A DNA stretch of 64,000 nucleotides from assembly GCA_045630285.1 (NCBI GenBank), contig JAZQSX010000062.1:29176-93175 (forward strand), written 5' to 3'. Below are positions 19,394 to 29,001 of the stretch, in pieces. The translations under genes were made by a program, and so were the position numbers. Positions within the stretch are counted from its first letter, which is position 1. Each line of letters starts with the position of its first letter. Origin of the DNA: Acutalibacteraceae bacterium. Its GTDB lineage: Bacteria; Bacillota; Clostridia; Oscillospirales; Acutalibacteraceae. The notes beneath the pieces are model-generated. The model was not told the DNA's origin. It saw only the letters and a list, made by a program, of their open reading frames with translations, and did no database searches.

Positions 19394-20314
19394 TTATTCC
19401 ACCTGCACCGCCACAATGTTCCCGGACAATGCTTCGGGATCCTGTACCACCTGCGCACCGGGCGCCAACCCGGAAACCACCAGTACGCCGTCGCCGCATT
19501 CTTCCCCGAAGGTCGGCGCTTGTCGCTCTGCCGTGCCGTCCCCTTTATATACATATATATATTCCGCCCCCTCGTCGTCCTGCGCAATACAGGTGTATGG
19601 AACCAGCAATGCGTTTTCGATCACATTTACCACTACGCTGGCGCGAGCATTCAGTCCCGCCCGCAGCGAGGCGTCTATTTCATCCTCTTTCAGCGTCACG
19701 ATCGCATCCACCACCGTCTCCGACATCGTGCCGAGGTATTCCTGATGCGCTGTGTCCGCAATATAACTGATTGTACCATGGTACACGTCTTTGGCAAACG
19801 CCACACCGGTGATCTCCACCACCTGTCCCACAGCCACACGGGACACGTACTTCTCCCGAATCATCACGGCAATGTGCACCGTATCTCCCGAGGCGATCAC
19901 CGCACACGGCTCGGCGCCGGTGGCGACCTCCCCCTGCCGAACGTTCAGCGTTGTTACCGTACCGCTGACCGGAGCCGTTACCGTTGACGGCGTGTTGATC
20001 GACACCCCTCCGCCGAATTGTGACAACACCTGCTTGGTGGCGTCCACGTCCACTGTAAACAGCACCTCTCCTGCCTGCACCGTTTGGCCCTCTCGCACAC
20101 GGATCTCCTGCGCCACGCAGGGGCTTTCCACATACACCTCACTGCTGCTTGCCGTTTGTACCTTGCCGACGCAATCGATCGTCTGTCGCACCGATCCGGT
20201 ATTGACCGTCACAAGCTCCACCGCCGCCGTTTGCGGCGTCATACCGTTACGAACCAATAAGATAGCACCTATAACGAGCACCGTGCCCGCTACTAACCAC
20301 ACATATTTTTTCAA
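19394..20314 (-). CDS. HlyD/RND-adaptor-like periplasmic adaptor protein
   Basis: 306 aa, TTG start. N-terminal TM plus lipoyl/beta-barrel type sequence (GQTVQAGEVLFTVD). 3 nt upstream of the permease gene. Confidence 0.75.
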   Translation of the reverse strand: MKKYVWLVAGTVLVIGAILLVRNGMTPQTAAVELVTVNTGSVRQTIDCVGKVQTASSSEVYVESPCVAQEIRVREGQTVQAGEVLFTVDVDATKQVLSQFGGGVSINTPSTVTAPVSGTVTTLNVRQGEVATGAEPCAVIASGDTVHIAVMIREKYVSRVAVGQVVEITGVAFAKDVYHGTISYIADTAHQEYLGTMSETVVDAIVTLKEDEIDASLRAGLNARASVVVNVIENALLVPYTCIAQDDEGAEYIYVYKGDGTAERQAPTFGEECGDGVLVVSGLAPGAQVVQDPEALSGNIVAVQVE

Positions 20315-20408
20315 CCGATGTCATCCTTTCCGGAACTGCTGTTTTATCGGTGTTAGTGTTTGACGGCGCAGAGAAAATATAAGGACGATTTGGGATTTTT
20401 ATAAAATA

Positions 20409-20437
20409 AAAAAGCAGGCTGACGTCGCCTGCTTTTC
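20409..20437 (-). terminator. rho-independent terminator after radA
   Basis: AGCAGGC/GCCTGCT stem followed by TTTTTTATTTT on the minus strand. Confidence 0.7.
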
Positions 20438-20439
20438 TG

Positions 20440-21789
20440 TTAGAGTTTTTCGTACGCCTCACGCAGCGTGGCGGCACCAACGATTTCGATCGGGTAGGTG
20501 CCGGTCAAGGTTTTCAGCGTGTGCGCCGGTACGATCACACGGGTAAAGCCCAGCCGTGCCGCTTCAGCAATGCGCTGCTCGGCACACGAAACCGAGCGAA
20601 GCTCACCGGCAAGTCCCACCTCGCCGAAGGCGACCACACCTTCGTCCACCGGCTTGTCCTTCAAGCTGGACACCAGTGCCAGCGCCACGGGGAGATCCGC
20701 CGCAGGCTCGTCCAGACGAAGGCCGCCGATAATGTTCAGGTAGGTGTCCAGATTCGAGAAAAAGAACCCGCATCGTTTTTCCAGCACGGCGAGCAACAAC
20801 GCCAAGCGGTTATTATCAAAGCCCGTTGCCATACGCCTCGGATTGCCAAAGCCGGTCGGAGAAACCAAGCCCTGCACCTCTGCCAACAACGGACGAGAGC
20901 CCTCCATAGTGCACGCAACACACGTGCCGCTGACGTTCTTCGGCCGTCCTGACAACAGCATCAGCGACGGATTTTCCACCTCGAATAAACCTTTATCCCG
21001 CATTTCAAAAACGCCGATCTCGTTCGTCGAGCCGTAGCGGTTTTTAGCACAGCGCAGCATACGATAATTGCTGTGCGGATCGCCTTCAAAGTACAGCACG
21101 CAGTCCACGATGTGCTCCATCACCTTCGGGCCCGCAATCGCACCGTCTTTGTTGACGTGACCGACAATAAACACAGGAATATCCTCCCGCTTGGAAACAC
21201 GCATCAACGCACCGGTGCATTCACGCACCTGCGTCACACTGCCGGGCGAGGAGGAAACCTCCGCAAGGCTCACGGTCTGGATCGAGTCTACGATGACAAT
21301 ATCCGGCTTCTCCGACACCATGGTGTTGAGGATGACGTTCATATCCGTCTCGCACAGAAGCAGCAGATCGCCGTTGTCAACGCCCAACCGCTCGGCACGC
21401 AGCTTAATCTGCCGTGCCGATTCTTCGCCTGAAGCGTACAAGACGCGATAGCTTTGGCTGAGATGTCCGCAAATTTGCAGCAGCAGCGTGGATTTTCCGA
21501 TGCCAGGGTCACCGCCGATGAGCATCATCCCACCCGGCACGATACCGCCGCCCAGCACACGGTCCAGCTCCGCCATACCCGTCGGGAAGCGTGTTTCCGC
21601 CTGCGTGTCGATCGCATCAATGCGATACACCTCAGCCTTGGTGCCGGTTGCCGACCCCGAACGAGTCGGCACGATTACCTCTTCGCTGAGCGTGTTCCAT
21701 TCCCCACACTGCGGGCACCGCCCCGACCATTTTGGAAATTGACCGCCGCATTCGGTACAGATATAGACGCTTTTTTGCTTTCCTGCCAT
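20440..21789 (-). CDS. radA: DNA repair protein RadA/Sms
   Basis: 449 aa. CxxC-x-CxxC zinc finger at the N-terminus, Walker A GDPGIGKST, Lon-like C-terminal domain. Confidence 0.95.
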   Translation of the reverse strand: MAGKQKSVYICTECGGQFPKWSGRCPQCGEWNTLSEEVIVPTRSGSATGTKAEVYRIDAIDTQAETRFPTGMAELDRVLGGGIVPGGMMLIGGDPGIGKSTLLLQICGHLSQSYRVLYASGEESARQIKLRAERLGVDNGDLLLLCETDMNVILNTMVSEKPDIVIVDSIQTVSLAEVSSSPGSVTQVRECTGALMRVSKREDIPVFIVGHVNKDGAIAGPKVMEHIVDCVLYFEGDPHSNYRMLRCAKNRYGSTNEIGVFEMRDKGLFEVENPSLMLLSGRPKNVSGTCVACTMEGSRPLLAEVQGLVSPTGFGNPRRMATGFDNNRLALLLAVLEKRCGFFFSNLDTYLNIIGGLRLDEPAADLPVALALVSSLKDKPVDEGVVAFGEVGLAGELRSVSCAEQRIAEAARLGFTRVIVPAHTLKTLTGTYPIEIVGAATLREAYEKL

Positions 21790-21811
21790 ACCGATACTCC
21801 TTCTTTGGACA

Positions 21812-22513
21812 TCAAAAATAGGTCACCAATCCCGCCGCCACAGCAAACGCCAATTGCTGTTGATAGGCGGGGGTTTTCAGGTTGTTTAGTTCCGTCGGGT
21901 TGGATAAAAAGCCACATTCTACCAAGATCATCGGCCGTGTGGCCCGATCCAGCAGGAACACGTCCGCCGTCCCCCGCTTGATCTCACGGGTATTGGTCGG
22001 TTGCAACAACTCCACGATCTGTTCCCGCACGCTTTCGGCAAGAACACGGCTCTCCTCGGTGTTTTTGGAATAAAAAATCTGCGCACCGTCGTACTGCGGC
22101 TGCGTAAACTTATTCTGGTGGATGCTGACGGTAATATCCGCTTCTTCCGCCATTGCCAACCGGTTGCGCATATCGCTGACCTTGCGCTCCCGCAGGGTCG
22201 TTCCTTCCGTGTTCAGCATCACATCGGTCTCACGGGTCATGCGCACCGTATAGCCCAGCACCGTCAGCATATCCCGAAGCGGCAGAGATACCGCTAAATT
22301 GAGGTGCTTTTCCAACGTGCCGTCCGCCGCTTCTGCTCCTCCGTCAGCGCCGCCGTGTCCCGGATCGATCACGATGTACGGCGCTTCTTCACGGGAGCCG
22401 TGCGCCGCACGGCGATCGGTAACACCCCACATCACCGTCAGCAACACAGCACCGCAGATCAACACGATCGCCACGTCGATTGCCGTAGAACGAAAACTCC
22501 GCTTCACACGCAT
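21812..22513 (-). CDS. cwlD: N-acetylmuramoyl-L-alanine amidase, CwlD-like (spore cortex)
   Basis: 233 aa. N-terminal TM, amidase_3 motif IDPGHGGADGG, SIHQN. Confidence 0.8.
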   Translation of the reverse strand: MRVKRSFRSTAIDVAIVLICGAVLLTVMWGVTDRRAAHGSREEAPYIVIDPGHGGADGGAEAADGTLEKHLNLAVSLPLRDMLTVLGYTVRMTRETDVMLNTEGTTLRERKVSDMRNRLAMAEEADITVSIHQNKFTQPQYDGAQIFYSKNTEESRVLAESVREQIVELLQPTNTREIKRGTADVFLLDRATRPMILVECGFLSNPTELNNLKTPAYQQQLAFAVAAGLVTYF

Positions 22514-22548
22514 CCCTCCTTTGCATACATACGCAGGAGGGGGACAAA

Positions 22549-23157
22549 TTATCGCAGTTTATTCTTGTTGTTCCGATTTCCTTTGTACATCAGCTTCTGT
22601 CCAAACGTAAATTGGCGGTAGCCAATGTAGTACGACGCCCAGGACACCACTACGATCACGATCGTGGGAATCAGCGACAACACGATCCCCGACCACGAAA
22701 TATCGGCAGCCGGCACGCTCCACACCGTGCCCATTGACCAGGCGATGATCGGATACAGCGCAAAATTCGCTCCACGGTACAGCATAATGTACTGCGGCCA
22801 GAAGCCGATCAGCTTTTCCGCCACCAGAACAACAAACGCCACCACGGCGGGGATCACCGAAATAAGACCCACCTTTAATCCCAGATGTGGGTCACCCTTG
22901 GCCGTGCCGAACATCACGGGGCCGCCGTCTTTGGTTCCCTGCTTCCACATCTCGGCGTACACGATCGTCAGCGTCAGGAAGGTCTGGATGAGCAGCGCAA
23001 TAAAATTGGTAAGAAACGCTTCTGCCGGGGTTGCTTCGCCCTTCGGCGAGATCGCCAGCGCAATAATACCTACCGAAAAGTACATAAACGTACCCATTAC
23101 CGTCGCCAGAACGCAGCGTCCGTACAGTTTCAATGCTCGTTTAAACAAATCGTTCAT
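22549..23157 (-). CDS. polytopic membrane protein, function unknown
   Basis: 202 aa, about 5 TM, Lys/Asn-rich C-terminus. No family recognised. Confidence 0.6.
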   Translation of the reverse strand: MNDLFKRALKLYGRCVLATVMGTFMYFSVGIIALAISPKGEATPAEAFLTNFIALLIQTFLTLTIVYAEMWKQGTKDGGPVMFGTAKGDPHLGLKVGLISVIPAVVAFVVLVAEKLIGFWPQYIMLYRGANFALYPIIAWSMGTVWSVPAADISWSGIVLSLIPTIVIVVVSWASYYIGYRQFTFGQKLMYKGNRNNKNKLR

Positions 23158-23280
23158 TGTACTTCACCTCACAACACCTAATAATAGCATACCCGCAAAG
23201 ACCTTGTCAACAAAGGACTTTACTTTCCCTCGGGGTCCGTGGTACAATGAAGCCAACACAAGGTCAAAGGAGCGATCACT

Positions 23281-25143
23281 ATGCAACGTGAGTTTTTGAT
23301 CGGCTGCAATTATTGGGCATCCAACGCCGGTACCGAGATGTGGAATCAATGGGATCCCGCTGCGATCCGTGAGGATTTGCGGGTGCTGTCGGTGCACGGC
23401 GTTTCATGTATGCGTGTGTTCCCCAACTGGCGGGATTTTCAACCCGTCGTTCCCATCATCGACAGCCACGGACACGTCCGTGAGTACCGTATGGCGGGTG
23501 GCGAAAAAGCCTCCGACACCTCGTTTTTGGATCCCGTCATGCTGGATCGCTTCGAAGCGTTTTGTGATCTGTGCGACGAGTTCGGTATTCGCCTCATCGT
23601 CGGTCTTATCACCGGGTTTATGAGCGGGCAGACGTACGTTCCCACCGCTTTGTACGGGAAAAACGTACTCACCGATCCTACCGCACTGTTGTTTGAGCAG
23701 CGCTTTGTGCGTGGGTTTGTACAGCGGTTCCGTGACCGTGATACCATTTATGCGTGGGATCTCGGTAACGAGTGTAACAACCTGGACCACGTGCCTCACG
23801 AGGCGGCGGCGACCACATGGAGCCTGACGATCGCCAACGCCATTCGTGCCGCCGATCCCACACGACCCGTGATCTCGGGTATGCACGGATTGGCGCCCGG
23901 CTGGGATCAAGGATCGTGGACGATCCAAGGGCAAGCGGAGGCATGTGATATTCTCACCACCCACCCGTATCCGTACTTCGTTCCCTATGCAGGGCACGAT
24001 CCGATCGGCTCTATGCGCACGGCGCTCCACGCAACCTGCGAAACCAAATACTACGGCGACATCGGCAATCGTCCTTGTTTGGTGGAGGAAATCGGCACGC
24101 TTGGGCCGATGATCTGCTCCGACGAGACCGCCGCAGCGTTTATGCGGGTCAACCTGTGGTCTAACAAGATCCACGGCGCTCAGGGTGTTATGTGGTGGTG
24201 CGCCAACGAACAAACCAACCTGACCCACACGCCGTATACCTACTGTATGAACGAGCTGGAGCTGGGTATGCGGTATGCCGACGGGTCTCCGAAGCCCGTC
24301 TTGCTTGAAACAGCGAAATTCGTCGAGCAGCTTCGCTCGCTTTCCTTTGCTCTTCCCCCTTGCGAGGAAGATGCCGTTTGCATCTCCACGATCAGCCAAA
24401 AGCAGTGGGGCGTCGCCTATATGACCTGCTGTCTGGCGAAGCAAGCCGGACTAAACCTGCGATATATGGCACACGATCAGGCGTTACCGGACTCCCGTGT
24501 GTATCTGCTTCCCTCGGTTGCCGGCACGTCCGTCCTTCCTCGGGAAACGTATCTGGAGCTGGAGCGGCGGGTGCGTGACGGCGCCACGCTGTACCTCTCC
24601 GTTGACAACGTCTTTTTGGCGGGCTTCGAGCCGTTATGCGGCCTGCGGGTGCTGGATTCCTGCGCCGGGCGGGCGGGTACGGTGACGTTGGGCGACACGA
24701 CCCTTCCCATCACCCGTGACCGTGAGTTCCGTCTGGAAGCGACTACCGCCTCCGTGCTGGCTACCGATGACCGTGGTAATCCCGCCGTGGCGGTAAATCG
24801 GCTGGGAAACGGGCGGGTGATCTGTGTCAACTTCCCGCTGGAAGCGATGCTGCTGGACAAAAACGAGTTCACCAACGACGATTATCACACGGTGTACCGC
24901 ACCGTATTTGCCGATATTCTTGCTGAAAAAGCGGTGACCACAGCGAACCCGTTTGTCGGCGTGACCTTACACCCTGACGACGACGGCAGTATCGTGTGTG
25001 CCGCTGTCAATTATTCGGCAACGCCGCAGCAGCCGCAGTTCGTGCTAAAGGACGGTGTCACGATGATCGAAACGCTGCACGGTGGCACCGAGACTATTCC
25101 GCCGTTTGACGCTTGCTTCTTCCGCGTCAAAGCCGAAAAATAA
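23281..25143 (+). CDS. clan GH-A (GH5/GH42-like) TIM-barrel glycoside hydrolase
   Basis: 620 aa. WDLGNECNN (Asn-Glu acid/base) and LVEEIG (nucleophile Glu) motifs in the expected order. No signal peptide. Confidence 0.7.
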   Translation: MQREFLIGCNYWASNAGTEMWNQWDPAAIREDLRVLSVHGVSCMRVFPNWRDFQPVVPIIDSHGHVREYRMAGGEKASDTSFLDPVMLDRFEAFCDLCDEFGIRLIVGLITGFMSGQTYVPTALYGKNVLTDPTALLFEQRFVRGFVQRFRDRDTIYAWDLGNECNNLDHVPHEAAATTWSLTIANAIRAADPTRPVISGMHGLAPGWDQGSWTIQGQAEACDILTTHPYPYFVPYAGHDPIGSMRTALHATCETKYYGDIGNRPCLVEEIGTLGPMICSDETAAAFMRVNLWSNKIHGAQGVMWWCANEQTNLTHTPYTYCMNELELGMRYADGSPKPVLLETAKFVEQLRSLSFALPPCEEDAVCISTISQKQWGVAYMTCCLAKQAGLNLRYMAHDQALPDSRVYLLPSVAGTSVLPRETYLELERRVRDGATLYLSVDNVFLAGFEPLCGLRVLDSCAGRAGTVTLGDTTLPITRDREFRLEATTASVLATDDRGNPAVAVNRLGNGRVICVNFPLEAMLLDKNEFTNDDYHTVYRTVFADILAEKAVTTANPFVGVTLHPDDDGSIVCAAVNYSATPQQPQFVLKDGVTMIETLHGGTETIPPFDACFFRVKAEK

Positions 25144-25167
25144 TTCACAACAGAAAAACAAAATGTG

Positions 25168-25203
25168 AAAAACCGCCTCCTGCTTGGCAGGAGGCGGTTT
25201 TTG
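25168..25203. terminator. bidirectional rho-independent terminator
   Basis: CCGCCTCCTGC/GCAGGAGGCGG stem flanked by an A-run and a T-run. Lies between the convergent GH gene and gap. Confidence 0.8.
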
Positions 25204-25214
25204 TCGTTGTCAGA

Positions 25215-26228
25215 TTAGCCGAGTTCCGCGAAGTACTTAATGGTGCGGACCATCTGGCTGGTGTAGGAGTTCTCGTTGTCGTACCAGGACACGACCTGAA
25301 CCTGATAGGTCTCGTCGTCAATCTTGGTAACCATGGTCTGAGTCGCATCGAACAGCGAGCCGTAGGTGATACCGACAACGTCGGAGGACACGATCTGATC
25401 CTCGTTGTAGCCGTAGGAAGCGGAAGCCGCTGCCTTCATCGCTGCGTTGATGCCTTCCTTGGTGACGCCCTTGCCCTTAACGACAGCCACCAGGATCGTG
25501 GTGGAACCGGTCGTTACCGGCACACGCTGAGCGGAACCGATCAGCTTGCCGTTGAGCTCGGGGATAACCAGACCGATCGCCTTCGCAGCGCCGGTGGAGT
25601 TGGGAACGATGTTCGCAGCGCCAGCACGGGCACGACGGAGGTCGCCCTTGCGGTGCGGGCCGTCCAGGATCATCTGATCACCGGTGTAAGCGTGCACGGT
25701 GGTCATGATACCGCTCTGGATCGGAGCATACTCGTTCAGAGCCTTCGCCATGGGAGCGAGGCAGTTGGTGGTGCAGGACGCAGCAGAGATGATCTTATCC
25801 TCTTTGGTGAGGGTGTTCTCGTTTACGCTGTACACAATGGTGGGCAGATCGTTGCCGGCAGGAGCCGAGATAACGACCTTCTTTGCGCCGGCGTCGATGT
25901 GAGCCTGGGACTTCGCCTTGGAAGCGAAGAAACCGGTGCACTCCAGAACGACGTCCACACCAATCTTTGCCCAGGGCAGGTTGGCGGGATCCTTCTCAGC
26001 GAGGATCTCGATCTTCTTGCCGTCGACGGTGATCGAAGTCTCATCCGCTTCGACGGTGTGACCGTCGTAACGGCCCTGAGCCGTATCATACTTCAGCAAG
26101 TGTGCCAGCATCTCGGGGCTGGTGAGGTCGTTGATCGCAACGATCTCATAACCCTCAGCGCCGAACATCTGACGGAATGCCAGACGGCCGATGCGGCCAA
26201 AACCGTTAATTGCTACTTTGACTGCCAT
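25215..26228 (-). CDS. gap: glyceraldehyde-3-phosphate dehydrogenase
   Basis: [15 protein letters not shown] start with GGAGG RBS. Catalytic SCTTNC. Confidence 0.95.
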   Translation of the reverse strand: MAVKVAINGFGRIGRLAFRQMFGAEGYEIVAINDLTSPEMLAHLLKYDTAQGRYDGHTVEADETSITVDGKKIEILAEKDPANLPWAKIGVDVVLECTGFFASKAKSQAHIDAGAKKVVISAPAGNDLPTIVYSVNENTLTKEDKIISAASCTTNCLAPMAKALNEYAPIQSGIMTTVHAYTGDQMILDGPHRKGDLRRARAGAANIVPNSTGAAKAIGLVIPELNGKLIGSAQRVPVTTGSTTILVAVVKGKGVTKEGINAAMKAAASASYGYNEDQIVSSDVVGITYGSLFDATQTMVTKIDDETYQVQVVSWYDNENSYTSQMVRTIKYFAELG

Positions 26229-26329
26229 AACTAATTCCTCCAATTAATTATAATCTTGTATTATCTTACCACCGTTTACACGGTTTTTCAAGAACTTTAG
26301 GAAATTTTTGCGTAAGATTCGCCTCTTTT

Positions 26330-27346
26330 TTAAGACTTTCGGTTAATAATCTGATCGATAATCTCTTCGATATCCAACGGGTGGCGTTCCTCTTCGGAAA
26401 GCGCATCCTCGTCCTCATCCTCGTTGTCCATCGCCAACGCATCCACGTCCAGCAAAAACTCAGCGGCGTCCTCGTCCTCAGCAGCGTCCTCGCCGTCATC
26501 CCCGACACCCTCTTCCTCGGTGTCCGAGGCGGGTAACGGCACAGCAAACATCTGCTGGGCGGAAAACACGGCCGCCAGTACGGCGATCGCCAGATCAGGT
26601 GCCACCAACAGCGCCGTCCCGGAGAACAGACCACTGTCCTGCAGCAGGTAAGCGCCAAAGCGGGTGAAGCACGAAACGAATCCTAAAAGCGCCGTTCCAA
26701 GCGCTACGGGGATAGCAAAGCGGGGCGCCTTGTCCTCCACGCCCGACGCATAGCGGGCAAATGCCAGCAAAAACAGCATCTCAAACAAGAGCAGCACCGT
26801 TTCCACTACACTTTGAAAGCGGTTGATCGCACTGGCAAAGGAGGTGATATACCACAGCAAGCGTGCCCATAGCCACACCTCGGGGCACAGTGCCAACCGA
26901 CCGGACGATGCCCGGTCGGTACGGCGATGATAAAACCACCGCACCGCCGTTATCAGCAGAAAAACGCCGCCGAGCAGCGCTCCCGCAATCATCAAGAGCT
27001 CCAGTATCGTGTTGAGGGTGGTGGGGGTCAACGGTTTCGGATAGGGATGCTCACCACGGCACAGCTTGATAACCACGTCGCCGCCGTGAATGACCAGCGC
27101 TGCACCCGCCCACGCTGCCGCCGCAGCGACGATCACCGACGACCGACCTTCGGAGACGGTCAAGGCACGGCGGCGTACACCGCACAGGAGAAACAACGCG
27201 ATCAACGCAAGACCAAGCAGGCACAAGGTCAGTGTATACAATCCGCTTTTCACGGGATCCGTCGGCGCCCACGTCACACGCATCACGGTTAAGGTCACGC
27301 CTATCACCGCCGCAACAGTGCAAGCCACACCGTATCGAAGCCGCAT
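26330..27346 (-). CDS. polytopic membrane protein with strongly acidic C-terminal tail, function unknown
   Basis: 338 aa, about 8 TM. The last roughly 65 aa are D/E-rich (DTEEEGVGDDGEDAAEDEDAAE...NEDEDEDALSEEE). Confidence 0.6.
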   Translation of the reverse strand: MRLRYGVACTVAAVIGVTLTVMRVTWAPTDPVKSGLYTLTLCLLGLALIALFLLCGVRRRALTVSEGRSSVIVAAAAAWAGAALVIHGGDVVIKLCRGEHPYPKPLTPTTLNTILELLMIAGALLGGVFLLITAVRWFYHRRTDRASSGRLALCPEVWLWARLLWYITSFASAINRFQSVVETVLLLFEMLFLLAFARYASGVEDKAPRFAIPVALGTALLGFVSCFTRFGAYLLQDSGLFSGTALLVAPDLAIAVLAAVFSAQQMFAVPLPASDTEEEGVGDDGEDAAEDEDAAEFLLDVDALAMDNEDEDEDALSEEERHPLDIEEIIDQIINRKS

Positions 27347-27427
27347 CGTTCTCCCTCCTTTTCATAAATATGTTTTCATTGTACCACATTTTTTACGAAA
27401 ATCAACGGCGCAAGCAAGATTTTATGA

Positions 27428-27458
27428 AAAAGGCACCGAGAGACCCCTCGGCGCCTTA
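27428..27458 (-). terminator. rho-independent terminator after citrate synthase
   Basis: AAGGCGCCGAG/CTCGGTGCCTT stem followed by TTTTC on the minus strand. Confidence 0.65.
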
Positions 27459-27461
27459 TGA

Positions 27462-28808
27462 TCAACGACTTTCCAGCGGAACGTACAGTCTCGGCTTGAC
27501 CGACGGTCTGTATGCCGGACGAATGATACGCCCACCGGTCAGCAGCTCCTCGATACGGTGAGCACACCAGCCGACGATACGTGCCGTGGCAAACAGCGGT
27601 GTGAACAAATCCTCGGAAATACCCAGCGACCGATACACCAAGCCGGAATACATATCCACGTTGGCGCACAGCGCCTTGTCCAAGCCACGCACCTCTTTGG
27701 CAACCGCGGGCGTCAAGCGTTCCACGGTATTCAACAGACGAAAATCGTCGCCAAAGCCCTTCTGCTCCGCCATACGCGCCGCCTCTCGCTTGAGGATGAC
27801 CGCACGGGGGTCGGACAGTGTATACACGGCGTGGCCCATACCGTAGATGAGGCCCGAGCCGTCTCCGGCTTCACGGCGCAGCATCTTGGCGAGATAAGCC
27901 GCCACCTCGTCCTCGTCGTTCCAATCACGGACGTGCAGCTTGATATCCTCCAGCATTTCCACCACTTTCAGGTTGGCACCGCCGTGACGGTGACCCTTCA
28001 AAGCGCCGACGGCCGCCGAGATCGCCGCATAGGTGTCGGTACCCGACGAGGACAACACACGCGCCGAAAATGCGGAGTTGTTACCGCCGCCATGCTCGGC
28101 GTGCAGCAGCAAGCACAGATCCAACAGCTGCGCTTCCTCCTTTGTGTACGTCGCATCCGCACGAATCGTGCGCAGGATCGTCTCCGAGGTAGACAGCTCC
28201 GGACGCAGCGGGTGGAAATACATACTCTCCTTATCGTAATGACGCCGCTTGACCTGATAAGAGTACCCCAGAATGGTCGGCAGCATCGCAATCAATCCCA
28301 TACACTGACGCAGCACATTTTCCACCGCCAGGTCATCCGGATTGTCGTCGTAGGAATACATAACCAGCACCGAACGGGCGATTTTGTTCATAATGTTCGG
28401 CGACGGCGCCTTCAGGATCATATCCTCGGCGAAATACTCCGGAAGCTCACGACTCTCCCCCAACAGCTTTGCAAACTTCTCCGCTTGCTCCACCGTGGGC
28501 AACGATCCGAACAGCAGCAAAAACGCCGCTTCTTCAAAGCCGAAGCGCCCTTGTCCGTAGCTGCCGTTCACCAAGTCGTTAATGTTGTAGCCACGGTAGG
28601 TCAGTTCGCCCTCGACCGGCGTTTTTTCACCTTCGTTAAGCACGTAGCCGTGTACGTTACAAATATTGGTAAGACCCGCCAACACACCGGTGCCGTCTGC
28701 ATTGCGCAGACCCCGCTTGACATCATAATTTGCCAGCTTTTCCGAAGAGATGCGGTTCTTTTCTTTCACCTGCTCGCATAAAGATGTGAATAACTCATTG
28801 TTTTGCAT
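27462..28808 (-). CDS. citrate synthase (Si-type, type I)
   Basis: 448 aa. Citrate synthase motifs GYGHAVY-like (GMGHAVY) and HAEHGGGNNS. Confidence 0.9.
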   Translation of the reverse strand: MQNNELFTSLCEQVKEKNRISSEKLANYDVKRGLRNADGTGVLAGLTNICNVHGYVLNEGEKTPVEGELTYRGYNINDLVNGSYGQGRFGFEEAAFLLLFGSLPTVEQAEKFAKLLGESRELPEYFAEDMILKAPSPNIMNKIARSVLVMYSYDDNPDDLAVENVLRQCMGLIAMLPTILGYSYQVKRRHYDKESMYFHPLRPELSTSETILRTIRADATYTKEEAQLLDLCLLLHAEHGGGNNSAFSARVLSSSGTDTYAAISAAVGALKGHRHGGANLKVVEMLEDIKLHVRDWNDEDEVAAYLAKMLRREAGDGSGLIYGMGHAVYTLSDPRAVILKREAARMAEQKGFGDDFRLLNTVERLTPAVAKEVRGLDKALCANVDMYSGLVYRSLGISEDLFTPLFATARIVGWCAHRIEELLTGGRIIRPAYRPSVKPRLYVPLESR

Positions 28809-29001
28809 AGAGATCGACCCTTTCGCATGAACGATGACCCCATTATACGCTGTCGTCCTCCCCTTGTCAACGCTTCTTTTGCTATTTTTGCAACTCAGTT
28901 TAAAATTTCATTCGTTTTTTCTCCAGGTTTCGGCTGTTTTTACATAAAAATAAACAAATTTTGCAAGTTTTTTGTTTTTTAAAATCAAGGAGGCTGTTAC
29001 T

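Noticed and set aside
19545-19570. Local AT-rich TATATACATATATATAT run
   Set aside because: It lies inside the adaptor CDS and encodes EYIYVYKG in frame on the minus strand. There is no flanking promoter or origin-like context.
23404-24444. 346-aa minus-strand ORF
   Set aside because: It is antisense to the GH-A hydrolase gene, which has catalytic motifs. The antisense product is low-complexity R/G/V-rich.
25113-26234. 373-aa plus-strand ORF
   Set aside because: It is antisense to gap, which is unambiguous.
27558-28781. 407-aa plus-strand ORF
   Set aside because: It is antisense to citrate synthase. The composition is R/Q/H-rich.
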